Shown here piece after piece: positions 1 to 13,790 of a DNA stretch of 64,000 bases. Position numbers and translations under genes: made by a program. Numbering within the stretch: the first letter of the stretch is position 1; every line of letters begins with the position of its first letter. The DNA comes from Octopus sinensis (Eukaryota), in NCBI RefSeq assembly GCF_006345805.1, contig NC_043002.1, positions 32,364,001 through 32,428,000 on the forward strand, read 5' to 3'. The notes beneath the pieces are model-generated. The model had not been told where the DNA came from. It saw only the letters and a list, made by a program, of their open reading frames with translations, and ran no database searches.

Positions 1-2382
1 CAGAATGTAAAATATGCAAGTCATTAGTTCAAAGTTTAACAGTGGTCGTTATAAACACAGTTTCACAATGATAGTAAAATGTAGGGCAACGGATTAAAGA
101 TGAACCTATGAAAATGTTATTATCTTGTCGATCATTCTTTTGCTGTCGAAGGAAAGATTGTATAAACATGTCGAACGTTTACGTTTATCTTTTGTATCAA
201 GTAAATTTATTTAATTCCCGAAAACAGAAATGGTTAAATATATTTGGTAAAGCCCATAGTAAACATTTATTTGAAACTACATCTGTGTTCATCATTGCCT
301 TTTTGATTAGTATTGTTATTTTATATTTATTTGAGATATATATACGGAGTGAGAAAGACCGTGAAATCCTGCACCAATCTGAAAGTAGATGTAGAATGAA
401 ATTTTGATGAGTAGAATTGGTCATTATATCGCACATATTGGCAAACATGGAAGCTAACTGGTGTACTTGTGGTACTAGGTTAGCAGCAATTGACATTTTA
501 TGATTATTCTGTAACTGTTGCTTTTAAAAACCGTGGATATTATGTCAAAATTGTGAAGTTAATCAATAGAAGTGATCGAACATTAGCAATTCGTTAAAAT
601 GTAGCTCCTGGGTTATTTGGGACGATCAAACAGAATGCAAATGAAGTAATTAATGTGATTAAAATGTTATGTTAAATTGAAGGCAAAATGTAATTAACGC
701 AGCAAATTTTGTTTCAACAACGTTCACATGATATCCGGAGCTGTCTGTCATTTAATCGTTAGCACGATTGCATGGTATGTATTTTAAGAGACATTTCATG
801 CGTGTAGAATTATTCACAGCTCGCTATAGCTTGGCGCTGTGTTAATAAATTTAATACTGTCTGATGGGTTTTATATGCTTTATGAATATCAGAGATGAAT
901 GTTCAGCTTGTGTGTAGTATTATCATGTTCATTAGTTCTTCAATATATTGAAAATCATGACCAACAGAGTTAATTCTCTCAAGGCATGAAAACGCTGCTA
1001 CAATGGTTCAAGGTTGAATTAAATGAAAAGTAAAAAGAAGCTATCTGAGTTGTTTTTGTTTACTGTTGTCCAAAAATATTTTGCTTTGTTAGAAATAGAG
1101 TTATTTTTACGAAGGGAAGTGTATGATCGATTAAACCGACCACAAATTATTTGTGGCTATAGTCCTATAAATTTCCTTGGATAGTTATAAATGTTTACTT
1201 CTGAAGCGTAAGAACTAATGAGACAAAACATTAGTTGGTTCGAATCTAGAATACTAATTGTTCACATACATTAATAACACCAGTGCTCAATTCAGTAGTT
1301 ATATGTTCAAATATATTCCAGCTGTGATCATCTCACCTTTTGATTTCAGATGTAATGTATCCTGGGCTGTATTATCCACAGTGGCCCTCCTTTTTTTTAT
1401 GACAGTACCGCATAATTCAGTACTGGATAATACAGTTGCTATTTCTATTGAACTAAGCTCGCATCCATTTCTAACTGCGATGTCTATGACTAGTTCTTCA
1501 TAATGCATATCTTTATAGGTATGAGAGTATAGCGACTGAACCAATATTAATATCTTAGTTCAGGTGGAGAGCTGACAGAATCGTTATTACAGCGGCAAAA
1601 ATGCTTAGCGGCATTTTGTCCGTCTTTACATTGTGAGTTCAAATGTCGCCATGGGCAACTTTGCTTTTCATTTGTTCGGGGTCGATAAAATAATTATCAC
1701 TTGAGTACTAAGGTCGATATAATTGATTTACTCACTTCCTCGAAATGGCTGGCCTTGAGCCAAAATTTCAGTCCGACATTAATATTGAAGTTCTAATAAT
1801 TTTATCGATTTATGAAGAAATATAGTAAACAATGATATCGGGACTTAAAATACGAAACGAAATGAGGTCTAATGGGTCAAACATTTCTAGCATATTTTGA
1901 ACACGGAGTGTGTTTTTACCATGATTTAGTGCAGAAAGCCATAGTAAATTTTAAATTTCAAGGAAGGGAGGAAATTTCATGAGATGAAATGTCAACCAAA
2001 TGTATGCAACTACGTGTATTCAACAAAAAGTAAACCAAAGATCAGGAGTGGAGTTAAACCGAGTAAAGGACAACCCTTCACATTAGTGATAGATATGAAA
2101 ATAGATATAAATTTATTGTGAAAGTTTTCTGTATATTGAAACAATTCAGTTGTAATTTATTTTCGTGACATTAATTGGATAATAACGTTAAGTATGATTG
2201 AGGTTTTTATACGAAGTCTACAGTTTTGTTGGTTTTTATGTCAATAATTTGGAAATGTACTAAATATTGCTTATAGAAAAGGCACAATAACTTGAATTAT
2301 GATGAAAGACTTAATCGATGATATTGATCCTAGTACAAGAACGGTATTTATTTTTATCGACTGCGAAATTATGAAGGTTGTG

Positions 2383-2425
<43 letters not shown>

Positions 2426-3171
2426 TTTTTCTCAGTCAAATCATTTTCTCCATCTTAAAATAAAACAAATCAAATCATTCGAAATCATACAAGGAAGTTT
2501 TCTATATAAAATGTAGGAGGAATGGCGATAGAAAACTGTTATCTAATGAATAAAAGGATTATTTTCAAGAAAATGTCAACTATGTATTATTTTTCTTCAT
2601 TCATATTTATATACATTACATACATACATCATATATACATGCACTTTTTACCGTTATATCTTTTACTCGTTTCTCTTGATCGCTTTGCCGAACCGCTAAG
2701 TTGCGGGGATGTAAACACACAAACATCGGTTTCAAGCAATGTGGCAACTAACACATACACAAAGACACGCACACTTACACACACAGACACACTCGTGACT
2801 GCAACGCTCTAACCACTAAGCTCGCTGATGAGCTAGAAATCGGTTGTAATGTATTAGATAATACTCAATATTTGTATTGACTTCTGTAACTTATCGCTTC
2901 TCGTGAATCGACAGAAATACACACACACACACACGCATACACACAAGCACATACAAATATGCTTACATAAATAATCTCTCTTTATATATATATGATTGCG
3001 TTTGTGTTTTTAGGTGCGTATTTTTTTTTTTAGTTCGAGTGTTGACTTTTGTTGAGAGTGAATGTACGCTCATACGCCTGTTTCATAATTAATTTCATTA
3101 ATTATATTACAGATTTGATTCTGAACGTTGACGTTTTACGTACATTTCTTATTTCAATGTGTATTTTCCAG

Positions 3172-3372
3172 GTTTTAACGATATTGGAGAGTACCAACGA
3201 GAAAAGTACTATGAGTTTCCACAATGGATCGAAGTCTTATCAGACCAATTGTTACGGGAAATCAAGCCCCTCTATGTTGAACTTCACACTTACGTCCGTC
3301 ACAAGCTTTCTCAATTCTATGGACCGGCAGTAATGAAAAAATCTGTCTCTACTATTCCAGCCCATCTCCTGG
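3172..3372 (+). CDS. ACE: ACE-like peptidase M2, first exon visible in window (GFNDIGEY...PAHLLG); upstream exons lie outside the window or were not recognised
   Basis: ttttccag|GT acceptor at 3170-71 and G|gtaagc donor at 3373; translation aligns to ACE 'YETP...LQPLYLNLHAYVRR...PIPAHLLG'; phase 1-1, 201 bp. Confidence 0.95.
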
Positions 3373-5132
3373 GTAAGCTGGACATTTATCTATAGAAACC
3401 TCCGATTGGATACTCTTGACTCTAAGATTATTTGTAATTCGATTTAGCATTTTAAGACACGCGATTGGAACTGCTGTGTCTTCATGCCTGCAATTCCAAA
3501 ATTTTATAGCCTTGTGTTTGCACACATCTAGGAAATGAAATAAATGTCGCAATTTGGTATGATCTCCTAGAAAATTAAGACAACGTACTCCAAATGGTAC
3601 GTAATCTTTTTAAAGATATGATGAATGCCACCTATAACCCAGGATGAGCTATCGGTTATGAATAGGTTTTCATTGCAAGAGTGGAATGGATACATTGAAT
3701 TATTTTTCTACATCCCTTCATTCTGAGTTCAAATCAGTGCAACGTCTTAATGGGATTACTCCTAACAGACGGAATGGTTACGGCTAAAATATATTCTATA
3801 ACATGCCTGCTTGATCGAGGTTGGCGCGCATTTGAATCAGCAATGATCTCTTCTGTGTCCCTTCTCCGTTCTACAGCTAAAAACAGCCTGGAATATAATC
3901 GGCATCTGGGTATCATACTAAATGGATACATACACTGGTGAAAAGCCCGATGGTGTGTTTTTTTGCGCGAGAGAAAGTGTTTTCATTACATGTTACATTA
4001 AAAAAACAGAATATATGAAAGATTTTCATACAGAGTACATACTGTCGCAGCACGGCATTGCGACGCCTCAAGTAGAGCGAAACGAGTTTGTCGATCTCAT
4101 GAGTCACAGCCACGATGGCGTTCACCTCGTTCCGATATGTATATATATATTGTGGTTTTAATATATGTCGATGAAGAGATTTTACTCTCAGACAAAAACT
4201 CAAGCATCAGATCTCGCTGCGGCGTATAGGCATTTAGTATGACACACAGATGTTGATTTTATTCAATTGCATTCACTAAGCTTTTGACAGATCAACAAAC
4301 TTTCCGTAATACCAGTGAACGTATTATTTACTGTTTCCTATGTAATGAGGCAAAAATTTCGTTTTAGCAACCGGCAAGAAAATGCACAGTATTGACGTGC
4401 CCCGAGTCGATCAAGAGGAGAAAATATAGAACAACAGTTATCACACTTGGCACAAACATAACGAAGATAGCTTACCCTTGAGGTCATTATCTCCATGTAT
4501 AAAAAAAAGCTCACTCCAAATACTAGGTCCCACACTATTTTTTATTACGATCATACATTTGTAAAGTTCTCATAACTGCGTTCTGTGTAAAGAAAAATAT
4601 TGCCAAGATCAGTTTAGTTCTGACTCTACAAAGCCCAACAAATGCCGACATTATGTTACTGCTCATATATCAGAGATAGGGGTCTGTTGATACACACACA
4701 CGCATATAATTCCACGCGCGCGTCAGTCACTCAAATGCACATTTCATTTAGAATAAAGAATCTATCAATAATAGGTCACCTCAATAAATGCTTCTCTTGT
4801 GCTCATGTTTTAATAAAAAAAAAAGTAGTTGAAGCACGTTGCCGAACAGGAGATGGCTATATGTAAAGCTATCTATGAGTATGAGATAATAATCCCTATA
4901 ATGAAGGTGTTTCAGTGAACATACTCAGTCCATCCATTCCATTAGAGCGATTGACATCGTCTTAAAATCCATTTAGGTTAATTATGTAAATTGATTAATT
5001 GATGTTTCAGAAATAATTTACAAACAATTATTAGTGTTTCCTCCTAAAACACCCGATAATAGTTTCAGCCAATAACACATTTGTGTGTTACATTTGCTTT
5101 TGTAAAATTTTATTGAAATATTCTGCATATTG

Positions 5133-5740
5133 CGAAGGCGGCGAGCTGGCAGAAACGTTAGCACGCCGAGCGAAATGCCTAGCGGTATTTTTTCTGCCGT
5201 TAAGTTCTGAGTTCAAATTCCGCTGAGGTCGACTTTGCCTTTCATCCTTTCGGGGTCGATAAATAAGTACCAGTTACGCACTAGGGTCAATATAATCCGT
5301 TTAATCCGTTTGTCTGTCCTTGTTTGTCCTCTCTGTGTTTAGCCCCTTGTGGGTAGTAAAGAAATAGGTATTTCGTCAGTTTTTTATGTTCTGAGTTCAA
5401 ATTCCGCCGAGGTCCACTTTCCATTCGGCGTCCATAAATTAAGTACCAATTGCGTACTGGAGTTGATCTAATCGTCTGGCCCCCTACCCCCAAATTTAGG
5501 GCCTTGGGCCGAGAGTAGAAAAGAATATTCTGCATATTGTGAGGGCGGTGAGCTGGCAGAATCATTATCACGCCGGGCGAAATGCTTAGCAGTATTTACG
5601 TCTTTCCGTTCTGAGTTCAAATTCCGCCGAAGTCGACTTTGTCTTTCATCCTTTTGGGGTCGATAAATTAAGTACTAGAGTCGATCTAATCGACTGGTCC
5701 CCTCTCCAAAATTTCGGGCCTTGGGCCTTGAGTAGAAATG
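5133..5740 (+). mobile_element. SINE group A: dimer plus monomer, head-to-tail
   Basis: Head ggcggcgagctggcagaa, B-box-like gttcaaattcc, core gcctttcatcctttcggggtcgataaa; 16-bp flanking repeat x3. Confidence 0.9.
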
Positions 5741-5791
5741 AATATTCTGCATATTGTATTCTAGTAATACTGATGTAATCTTCTACATAGT

Positions 5792-6100
5792 GAAGGCGCG
5801 TGGCTTAAGGTAAGCGGCTTACGGTCGTAAGGTCGTGAGATCGATTCCCGGCGGCGCATTGTGTCCTTGAGCAAGACTATTTATTTCACGTTGCTCCAGT
5901 CCACTCAGCTGGCAAAAATGAATTGTATCTGTATTTCAAAGGGCCGACCATGTCACATCCTGTGTCATGCTGAATCTCCATGGGAACTACGTTAAGGATA
6001 CGTGTGTCTGTGGAGTGCTCAACCACATACGCAATATTTTCACGAAGATGATGTTCCGTTGATCGGATCAACTGGAATCCTCGTCTTCGTAACTGTTAGA
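5792..6100 (+). mobile_element. SINE group B (tRNA-like head, gtgtccttgagcaaga CORE-like block)
   Basis: A/B boxes tggcttaagg and gatcgattccc; 3' tail shared with 34818-35195; related copy at 8657-8870. Confidence 0.85.
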
Positions 6101-6229
6101 ATGTCATTTTTTAATTCTACATTCAAGTAGATATACACTTTATTGTGAATATATGGATAAATGTATTTATAAAAGTATATAAGATAAAAATAAAAAGTAT
6201 ATATAAAAGCATAATATTTGCAATTTCAG

Positions 6230-6494
6230 GTGATATGTGGGCTCAAGCATGGGGTAATATTTTCCCGATCGTTCGACCATTCCCGTCTAATACGAAAGAG
6301 GATTTTGATACATTAATCAATAACCAATCCCTGACACCAACAGAGCTTCAACAAAAAGCCGAGCAGTTCTATGAGTCGATCGGTCTTAATCCTATGATGC
6401 CAAAGTTCTGGAGGAATTCTGTTTTCAAAAATCAAGAAACTGAGATGGACTGTCATCCTAAAGCGTTTGACTTTCACAGGAAGAGGGACTTCAG
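6230..6494 (+). CDS. ACE: ACE-like exon (DMWAQAW...CHPKAFDF...DFR)
   Basis: atttcag acceptor 6228-29, AG|gtaatt donor 6495; MWAQ and CHxxAxDF motifs of ACE; phase 1-2, 265 bp. Confidence 0.96.
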
Positions 6495-6639
6495 GTAATT
6501 TTTCATCGTTTATCTTTTACTTGTTTCAGTGACTAGACTGCGGCCATGCTGGGGGCACGACTGTGAAGAATTTTTAGTCAAATAAATCGATCCCAGTATA
6601 TATTATTATTTTTTTAAAGCATGACTCTTATTCTTATTT

Positions 6640-7232
6640 CTTTATTGCCCACAAGGGGCTAAACACAGAGGGCACAAACAATTACAGACAAACGGATTAA
6701 GTCGATTACATCGATCCCATTGCATAACTGGTACTTATTTAATCGACTCCGAAAGGATGAAAGGCAAAGTCGACCTCGGCAGAATTTGAACTCAGAACGT
6801 AACAGCAGACGAAATACCTATTTCTATTTCTTTACTACCCTGAAAGGGCTAAACACAGAGAGGACAAACAAACGGATTAAGTCGATTATATCGACCCCAT
6901 TGCATAACTGGTACTTATTTAATCGACCCCGCAAGGATGAAAGGCAAAGTCGACCTCGGCGAAATTTGAACACAGAAAATAGCGGCAGACGAAATACCTA
7001 TTTCTTTACTATCCACAAATGGCTAAACAGAGAGGGGACAAACAAGGGCAGAGAAACGGATTAAGTCGATTACATCGACCCCAGTGTGTAACTGGTGCTT
7101 AATTTATCGACCCCGAAAGGATGAAAGGCAAAGTCGACCTCGGCGGAATTTGAACTCAGAACGCAACGGCGGACGAAATACCACAAAGCATTTCGTGCGG
7201 CGTGCTAACGTTTCTGCCAGCTCACCGCCTTT
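6640..7232 (-). mobile_element. SINE group A tandem trimer
   Basis: Three ~175-190-bp internal units followed by one complete head. Confidence 0.9.
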
Positions 7233-7794
7233 GTGGATAGTATCAATAATGATAGTTATGGAGGGGGTGATAATTGTGGTGGTAGTGGTAGGAATAATGT
7301 TTGTGGTGTGAGAGGTTCTAATGATAGTGGCACCACCACTACTACCACCACCAACAACATTATGTTTCTCCTCGTCATCATCATTACCACGACAGCTACC
7401 GCTATCAATTCATACTCTCTGTACTAACAACACCGTCATCGCTTTTGCAAACGACAATGCTAGCAGCAGCATCACCTTAACTGCTATCCACCTCCTCCGT
7501 ATCATCATCATCATCATCATCATCATCATCGCCGTCGTCATCACCGTCGTCCTCGCCTTTGCCTATCCCGCTTTCAAAATTTTAGTGTGTGAGAATAAAA
7601 ACCACGCACACATTCAGTCTTCGGCCGCTCTCAAGCTGTTAATGACATGTTCTGCATTATTTACTGTATTGTGAACATGGGTTTTCAGTTTTTCTATTGT
7701 TTATTTCACTTTTATATTTGAATGCTATATGACTAAAACTCTTGCAAATACTCCATGATGTCTTTACAAGGAATATCATTAATTAAATATTGAT

Positions 7795-8235
7795 TTCCAG
7801 TTTTGGCACAAGGCCAGAAGTTTCGAGATAGGGGATAAGACCATTACATTGATCTCATTTCTCAACTGGTACTCATTTCATCGACCCCGAAAGGGGGAAA
7901 AGCAAAGTCGACCTCGGTAGAATTTGAATTCAGAATGTAATGACGGATGAAATGCCGCTAAGCATTTTGCCCGACGTGCTAACGATTCTACCAGCTCGAT
8001 TATTTAACATCGGTTTCAAATTTTGGCACATGGCCAGCAAGATTGGGAAGGGGACTAGACGATTACATCGGCTCCAATGCTTAAATGGTGCTTATTTTAT
8101 TGACTCTGAAAGGACAGAAAACAAATTCGACCTCGGCAAAATTTGAACTCAGAACTTAAAGACGGATGAAATGTCACTAAGTATTTGTTTTTTTTTTTTT
8201 CCAACGTGTTAACAATTCCACCAGATCGCTGCCTT
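7795..8235 (-). mobile_element. Two older SINE group A copies
   Basis: aaagtcgacctcgg..gaatttgaa.tcagaa cores with ttttggcac tails. Confidence 0.8.
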
Positions 8236-9889
8236 AGTATCATTAATCATATATCAGCTGTAATGAATGCTGCCTATATTAAATAGCCTTCCAGCCGTAA
8301 CCATTCACTTTATTATCTTTTTTTCCCAACCACTACATCGAGGTACAGTGTTCTATTTTATAAGACTAAACAATATAATTTGAGGAAAATTTAGCCACTA
8401 TTTTTCTAAAAACTAGCAACAACATTGTGTTAAACTAAATCTTTCCTATTTGATTCTGTCTATTGATGAGTGTCGTTATAATAAATGCGTTGCTCTTCTC
8501 AATACTGTTCATACTTAGCGACATGATTTTTATCAACTGTCTATGAAGATGGAATGGATACCTTCCTCTAAATGGCTTCGACTACGCAAAGACAAGTGAA
8601 TGCTGATAGATGTAAACTGCAAGAATTAAATATGGAGCACTTTACTAGTTAATGTGAAGGTACATGGCTCAGTGGTTAGAGCGTCGAGCTTACGATCGTG
8701 AGGTTGTGAGTTTGTTTCTGCGTGTTGTGTTCTTGAGTAAGACACCTTATTTCACGTTGCTCCAGTTAACTCATCTGTAGAAATGAGTTACGACATCACT
8801 GGTGCCAAGCTGTATCGGCCTTTGGATAACATCAGTGGTGTGCAGAGGGGAGGCTGGTATGCATGGGCGACTGCTGGCCTTCCATAAACAACCATGCCCG
8901 GACTTGTGCATGGGGGAGGGTGACTTTGTGGATGCAATCCCATGGTCATTCATGACTGAAGGGGGTCTCTCCCACTGGTTAATGTCAAATGATCTCCATT
9001 GGAAATTATTTGTGGACAATTTGTTCAGACTATGACACTTGGATATTTTCGTTCCTATCATTATCGCAGCTGCAGTTGCCCTCATCGCTAGTATCTTTGT
9101 GGGGTCTGTCATCGCAGTTGTCACCATCGTCGTCGTTGTCATCGTCGTCGCAGCTGCCTCCGTGTATGCCGTCCTAATCGTCATTGTTATCGCTAACATC
9201 CTCAGTCATCGTCGCCAGTTCATTTCCCAGTACTGACGTAGAGTTGACATGTTTACAAATTGGAGTCTTACCAATAATCGTTTTGTTTGGCCTTACCAAT
9301 AATAGCGAACGTTTGAAGAATATAAAATGTACGACTGATCATGAATTACGTGGGAGTCATAAAGCAAAAATGAATTACTATTAACTAACGGAAGACAGCT
9401 GTTGACTGGAAGACATGATAATGCTGTGTACCAAACTGTTTGTCATGTCGCTAAATCTAATGATCATTTCCCGAATGATGTAGTGATATTATCATATGAC
9501 TGATTGATGACGATTCAGAACAGCTGATACCATCTAAGCTTTCATGTGGCATATTTTTATATATAGATAGACACGCAGTAAAAAAGGAAAAAAGGAAATG
9601 TTGTCCTACGAATAGGAATTTCTTGAAACATGATGTCACGAATTTACATATTTCTCACAAAGTCGAGGAATCGGAATTAAGTAGCACAAGAGCATCAAAA
9701 CCAGAACTATGAGACTGCAAAACTCCCTAATGACACCTCTATACATAAATCTTTGTACGTATATTTTTATAACTTAAAGAATTCAATACTCGAATGTTGT
9801 GCTGATGAAAGGTTATAATCAAATTTAATATGTCCATGTTTTCAGGAGTATGGAGATGTGAGTGAAAATGTAAAAATAAAAATAAAAGA

Positions 9890-10488
9890 CTCTAATTATG
9901 AGATTAGATATCCAATAAGTCCGCTTCCCCCTCTTTTTCTTGGTACATACAGTCTGTCTGCATCACTTTTTGGATGGAGTGTCCCATATCTAATTGGTAA
10001 CTTCCTTGTCTTTCTATCTAAACTGTTTAGTTCGTCTACTGTCCATGCGATTACTCCTGCTTCATATCTAAGGAGTAAAACCGCCCAGGTGTTGATAGCT
10101 TCAATCTTATTCCGTCCCTTTAATTTCGACTTAAGGATCAGTCTCAGTCTGCGCAGGTACTCCACTTTCAAATTTTCTGTCATTTCTCTCTGCATCAATT
10201 TATCCATTTCCAAAATCCCCAAGTACTTATAGCCCGTCTCTTCTATCTGTTTCATAACCTCTCCCGACGGTATTGTTAGCCCATCCATACATTTGATTTT
10301 GGCTCTCTTCAAGACTAACACACCACACTTTCTTATCCGAACTCCATTCTGATATCAGCACTGAAGATATACACTGTATCAACGATGGAACTGACTTGGG
10401 CTTCATCTTTACCATATAGTTTGAGGTCATCCATGAATAGCAAATGATTGACTTTTTATTGGCGGCTTTTGAATACGTACCCAACTTG
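9890..10488 (-). mobile_element. R4/Dong-like non-LTR retrotransposon fragment (RT domain)
   Basis: Frameshifted NHLLFMDDLKLY, GYKYLGILE, KSKL.G.NKI.AINTWAV, RLYVPRKRGG.GL. Confidence 0.85.
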
Positions 10489-10540
<52 letters not shown>

Positions 10541-11945
10541 TATTATTATTATTGTTTGTTTGACTTTTACTTCATATTTGTACAAGTTGATTCCAGGTCT
10601 CACCCAGAGACCTCAAAAAACAGGAATTTAGAAGTTTAATTTGGTATTATGCCTAGGGTGCCATTTATTTGGTTTTGCACAATATATTGTTTTAGAGAAT
10701 TTATACGAAATCATAAGAAAATTATAAATTTGTCTTAAAATTTGAGATTACATAGACAGTATTTTACATAGGATATGGACAGTTCCCATGAACACTTTTT
10801 AAAAATTTCTGCCGGTTTTGGACTTCCTGGTATCTGGGTTAGGTAGCAATCAACTGCTTTTGCTATCGTTCCTTGGCCACCTATGAAAACAGGTATTGTT
10901 TTAGTCTTGAGGCTCCACATTTTGTCTATTTCTGTTTCAAAATCTTTATACTTGCTCAGTTTTTGGTAGTCTTGGTAGGTACATTTATGTTGATTGGGAC
11001 AGTCATATCAATGAGGAGAGATGATTTTTGTCTCAAGTCCTTCACTATGATGTCTGGTCTATTCCCATCTGTCTTTCTGTCAGTTTGAACTGTGAAGTTC
11101 CAGAAGAGTGAGATGTGGTTATTTTCAAGTACTGGGGGTGCTTTGTGTTTCCACCAGTTGTCATGGGGCAGGTCGAAGTTTTTGCAAATTACCCAGTGAA
11201 TATACTGTTTTGCTCTATTATGACTGTTAAGATACTCTGTAGTCGCAAGAAGACTGTACATGGAGACAACTTGATCGGTGGTCTCATATTGTTGTTTACA
11301 TACACCACATGTTGGGCTACTGCCGTTCTATAATATGTTGGCCTGGTAGCCCCTTGTAAGTAGGCATTGATCTTGGGCTGCTATGATAAACCCTTCTGTC
11401 TCTGATTTTATGCCAGAAGTCACTTGGCATTGATGGCTAAGGGCTTTGTCAACATCGGCATTATTAACTCACTTTGGGTATTTACCGTTGAGAGGTTTTA
11501 CTTGCCATTTCTCAGAAGGAATATCAAAACCAGTAGTTTGAGCGCTGGTTTTCATACACTTAGCTTTTTCTGTGATTTGTTGTATTTGTAATTCATTTAG
11601 ATATTTCTTTGTCTGTTTTGTAAATGAGTGTGATGGTTTCTTGATTTCGTATTTAAAGACAAGTTTTAATATCCAGTCATCAGTTTTTCAGGTCGGTGTT
11701 TAGGCCAATTGTTGCAATCTTTATTATTAATTCCAATTGTAAAAGTCCACGGCTACCCGCTTTTCTTGGCAGGCAAAGTCTTTCTATATCTGCCTTGGGG
11801 TGGTGCATTCTATGCATTGTCAACAATTTTCGGTTTTTTTTTTCTGTCAAGATTACATAATTCAGTAACTGACCAGTTAATAATATTGAAACTACAAGTA
11901 CGATCCGTATGCTTAAAGTATTGATCGCTTCGATCCTGTTTCTTG
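10489..11945 (-). mobile_element. R4/Dong-like LINE 3' half with restriction-like endonuclease and (TAA)n tail
   Basis: ETEGFIIAAQDQ, decayed CCHC knuckle, RPDIIVKD...LIDMTVP; (ATT)n on the + strand at 10489-10553. Confidence 0.88.
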
Positions 11946-12083
11946 CATTCAGCTATCTAAATTTGTAACAGTTTATCAGGTTTAGTTCATAATTAAAGAA
12001 TAATTTTGTGCTCAATTCAATTAATCGAATTCTTTATATAATTATACATTTTCATAAACTTTTCATTTTCTTTTTCTTGCCAG

Positions 12084-12316
12084 AGTCAAAATGTGTACAA
12101 GTGATACGGCCACCACATACGACTGGAACGTTGCTCACCACGAAATGGGTCACTTAGAGTACTATATGGCCTATAGGAACCAACCAGATATCTACAGAAA
12201 TCCAGCTAACCCTGCTGTTGATGAAGCCGTCGGAGACACTCTTGCTATGTTTTCTTCAACGCATATACGTCACATAAACCGTTTGTCTCAAGGTGGAAAT
12301 GACAAACACAACTACG
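12084..12316 (+). CDS. ACE: ACE-like catalytic exon with HEMGH (12139-12153) and third zinc ligand Glu (12223-25)
   Basis: tttttcttgccag acceptor, G|gtaaat donor; RVKMCT...AHHEMGHLEYYMAY...NPANPAVDEAVGD; 24-residue His-to-Glu spacing as in ACE; phase 2-1, 233 bp. Confidence 0.97.
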
Positions 12317-12391
12317 GTAAATGATCATTTCATCTCTAGACACCTACACACATAACACTGAAACAGACATGTGTGTATGAGTACGTGCGTG

Positions 12392-12472
<81 letters not shown>

Positions 12473-13252
12473 ATGCAATTCCTGCTCTCGAAAATGCTTT
12501 AAAAGAGTATAGTCGGTCACGTCTGCCAAGTGCTTTGTCTTCTTATTTATTCGAATTCGCCAAGAGCACATGATGAAGTCCACTTTAGCTTAAAGTTCTC
12601 ATGTCCCATAGTTTATTAATCTGAATATTCGATACAAGCAACTTAATCTCTTTTTTCCTTTCGCTTTAATATACATTCCTGTTGGCCTATTACGTTCTAA
12701 ATTTCTTTCTCTGCTGCTATACTGTAATAGATTTGGAAATGGGGGGGGTGTTCAAGAAATTATCGCCTTATATAACATTCTTCGTCCGGTGTGCACTATT
12801 ATCTTTCAGTAAGTTGTCGCTGAGGATATTGCAGCCATTTCTGTGATGCGCCTCAGATGTATAAGTTTCTCTTGCGATTTGGACTGCTTGTTCAACATTG
12901 TAACATCTAAATCTTGCTGAGAAGAATACATCAGACAAACAAGTATAACATTTAGAAAACTTTCAGCACCCACTCAGCACTAATGCCAGCAGACTTAACG
13001 AAAAATAATGGTTAGCAACAGCTGACTGAAATTTCATATATCGCCGGTTGTGAGATTTGGCTGTATGCCACTAAGACAGGCACGTTGAAAGTGTGTTCTG
13101 GCAATTCTGGCGACCTTAACAGACGATTATCGTCTGTCAGCGATATAAACATTTGTGCTTTTATGCACCATGCAGCAGTATGAGAGGGCTTTCAAGATAA
13201 ATAACGCAATATTCAATCCTCTAACAATCAATGTTAAGTTGAATATATAATT

Positions 13253-13256
<4 letters not shown>

Positions 13257-13307
<51 letters not shown>

Positions 13308-13790
13308 ATATATATATGTATACATATATATACACACATATATATGCATATACATATACATACACATATACATACATATACATATATATACATATACATA
13401 TACATACATATACATATATATATACATATACATACGTATACATATACATACACATATACATACGTATACATATACATACATATACATATATATATACATA
13501 TACATACATATACACATATACATACATATACATATATATATATACATATACATATATATACATATATATGTATGTATGTATATATTATGTATGTATGCAT
13601 GTGTGTGTGTATTGAAAGATAGTGTGAACAGGGTATATACATGTATTTTCATAGACACACACATACACACATATACATACATATGTATACATATCTACAT
13701 GCATGTATATTTATATATACGTACGTACAGACATACATACACACACTTTACATATATGCATACATAAGTACGTACGTACATACATATAAC
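13257..13790. repeat. Compound (TA)n/(TACA)n microsatellite
   Basis: Seen directly; similar blocks at 22130-22450, 36480-36920, 37370-37508, 51054-51245, 51495-52070. Confidence 0.95.

Noticed and set aside
400-480. Upstream ACE exon (NFDE*NWSLYRTYWQTWK)
   Set aside because: In-frame stop, no suitable splice sites, and only superficial similarity
2820-2855. HHR at ctgatgagctagaaa
   Set aside because: Only 4 nt between core halves, and no convincing stem I or III
6640-7232. Regularly spaced repeats as a CRISPR-like array
   Set aside because: Units are ~175-bp SINE bodies with no unique spacers, in a eukaryotic context
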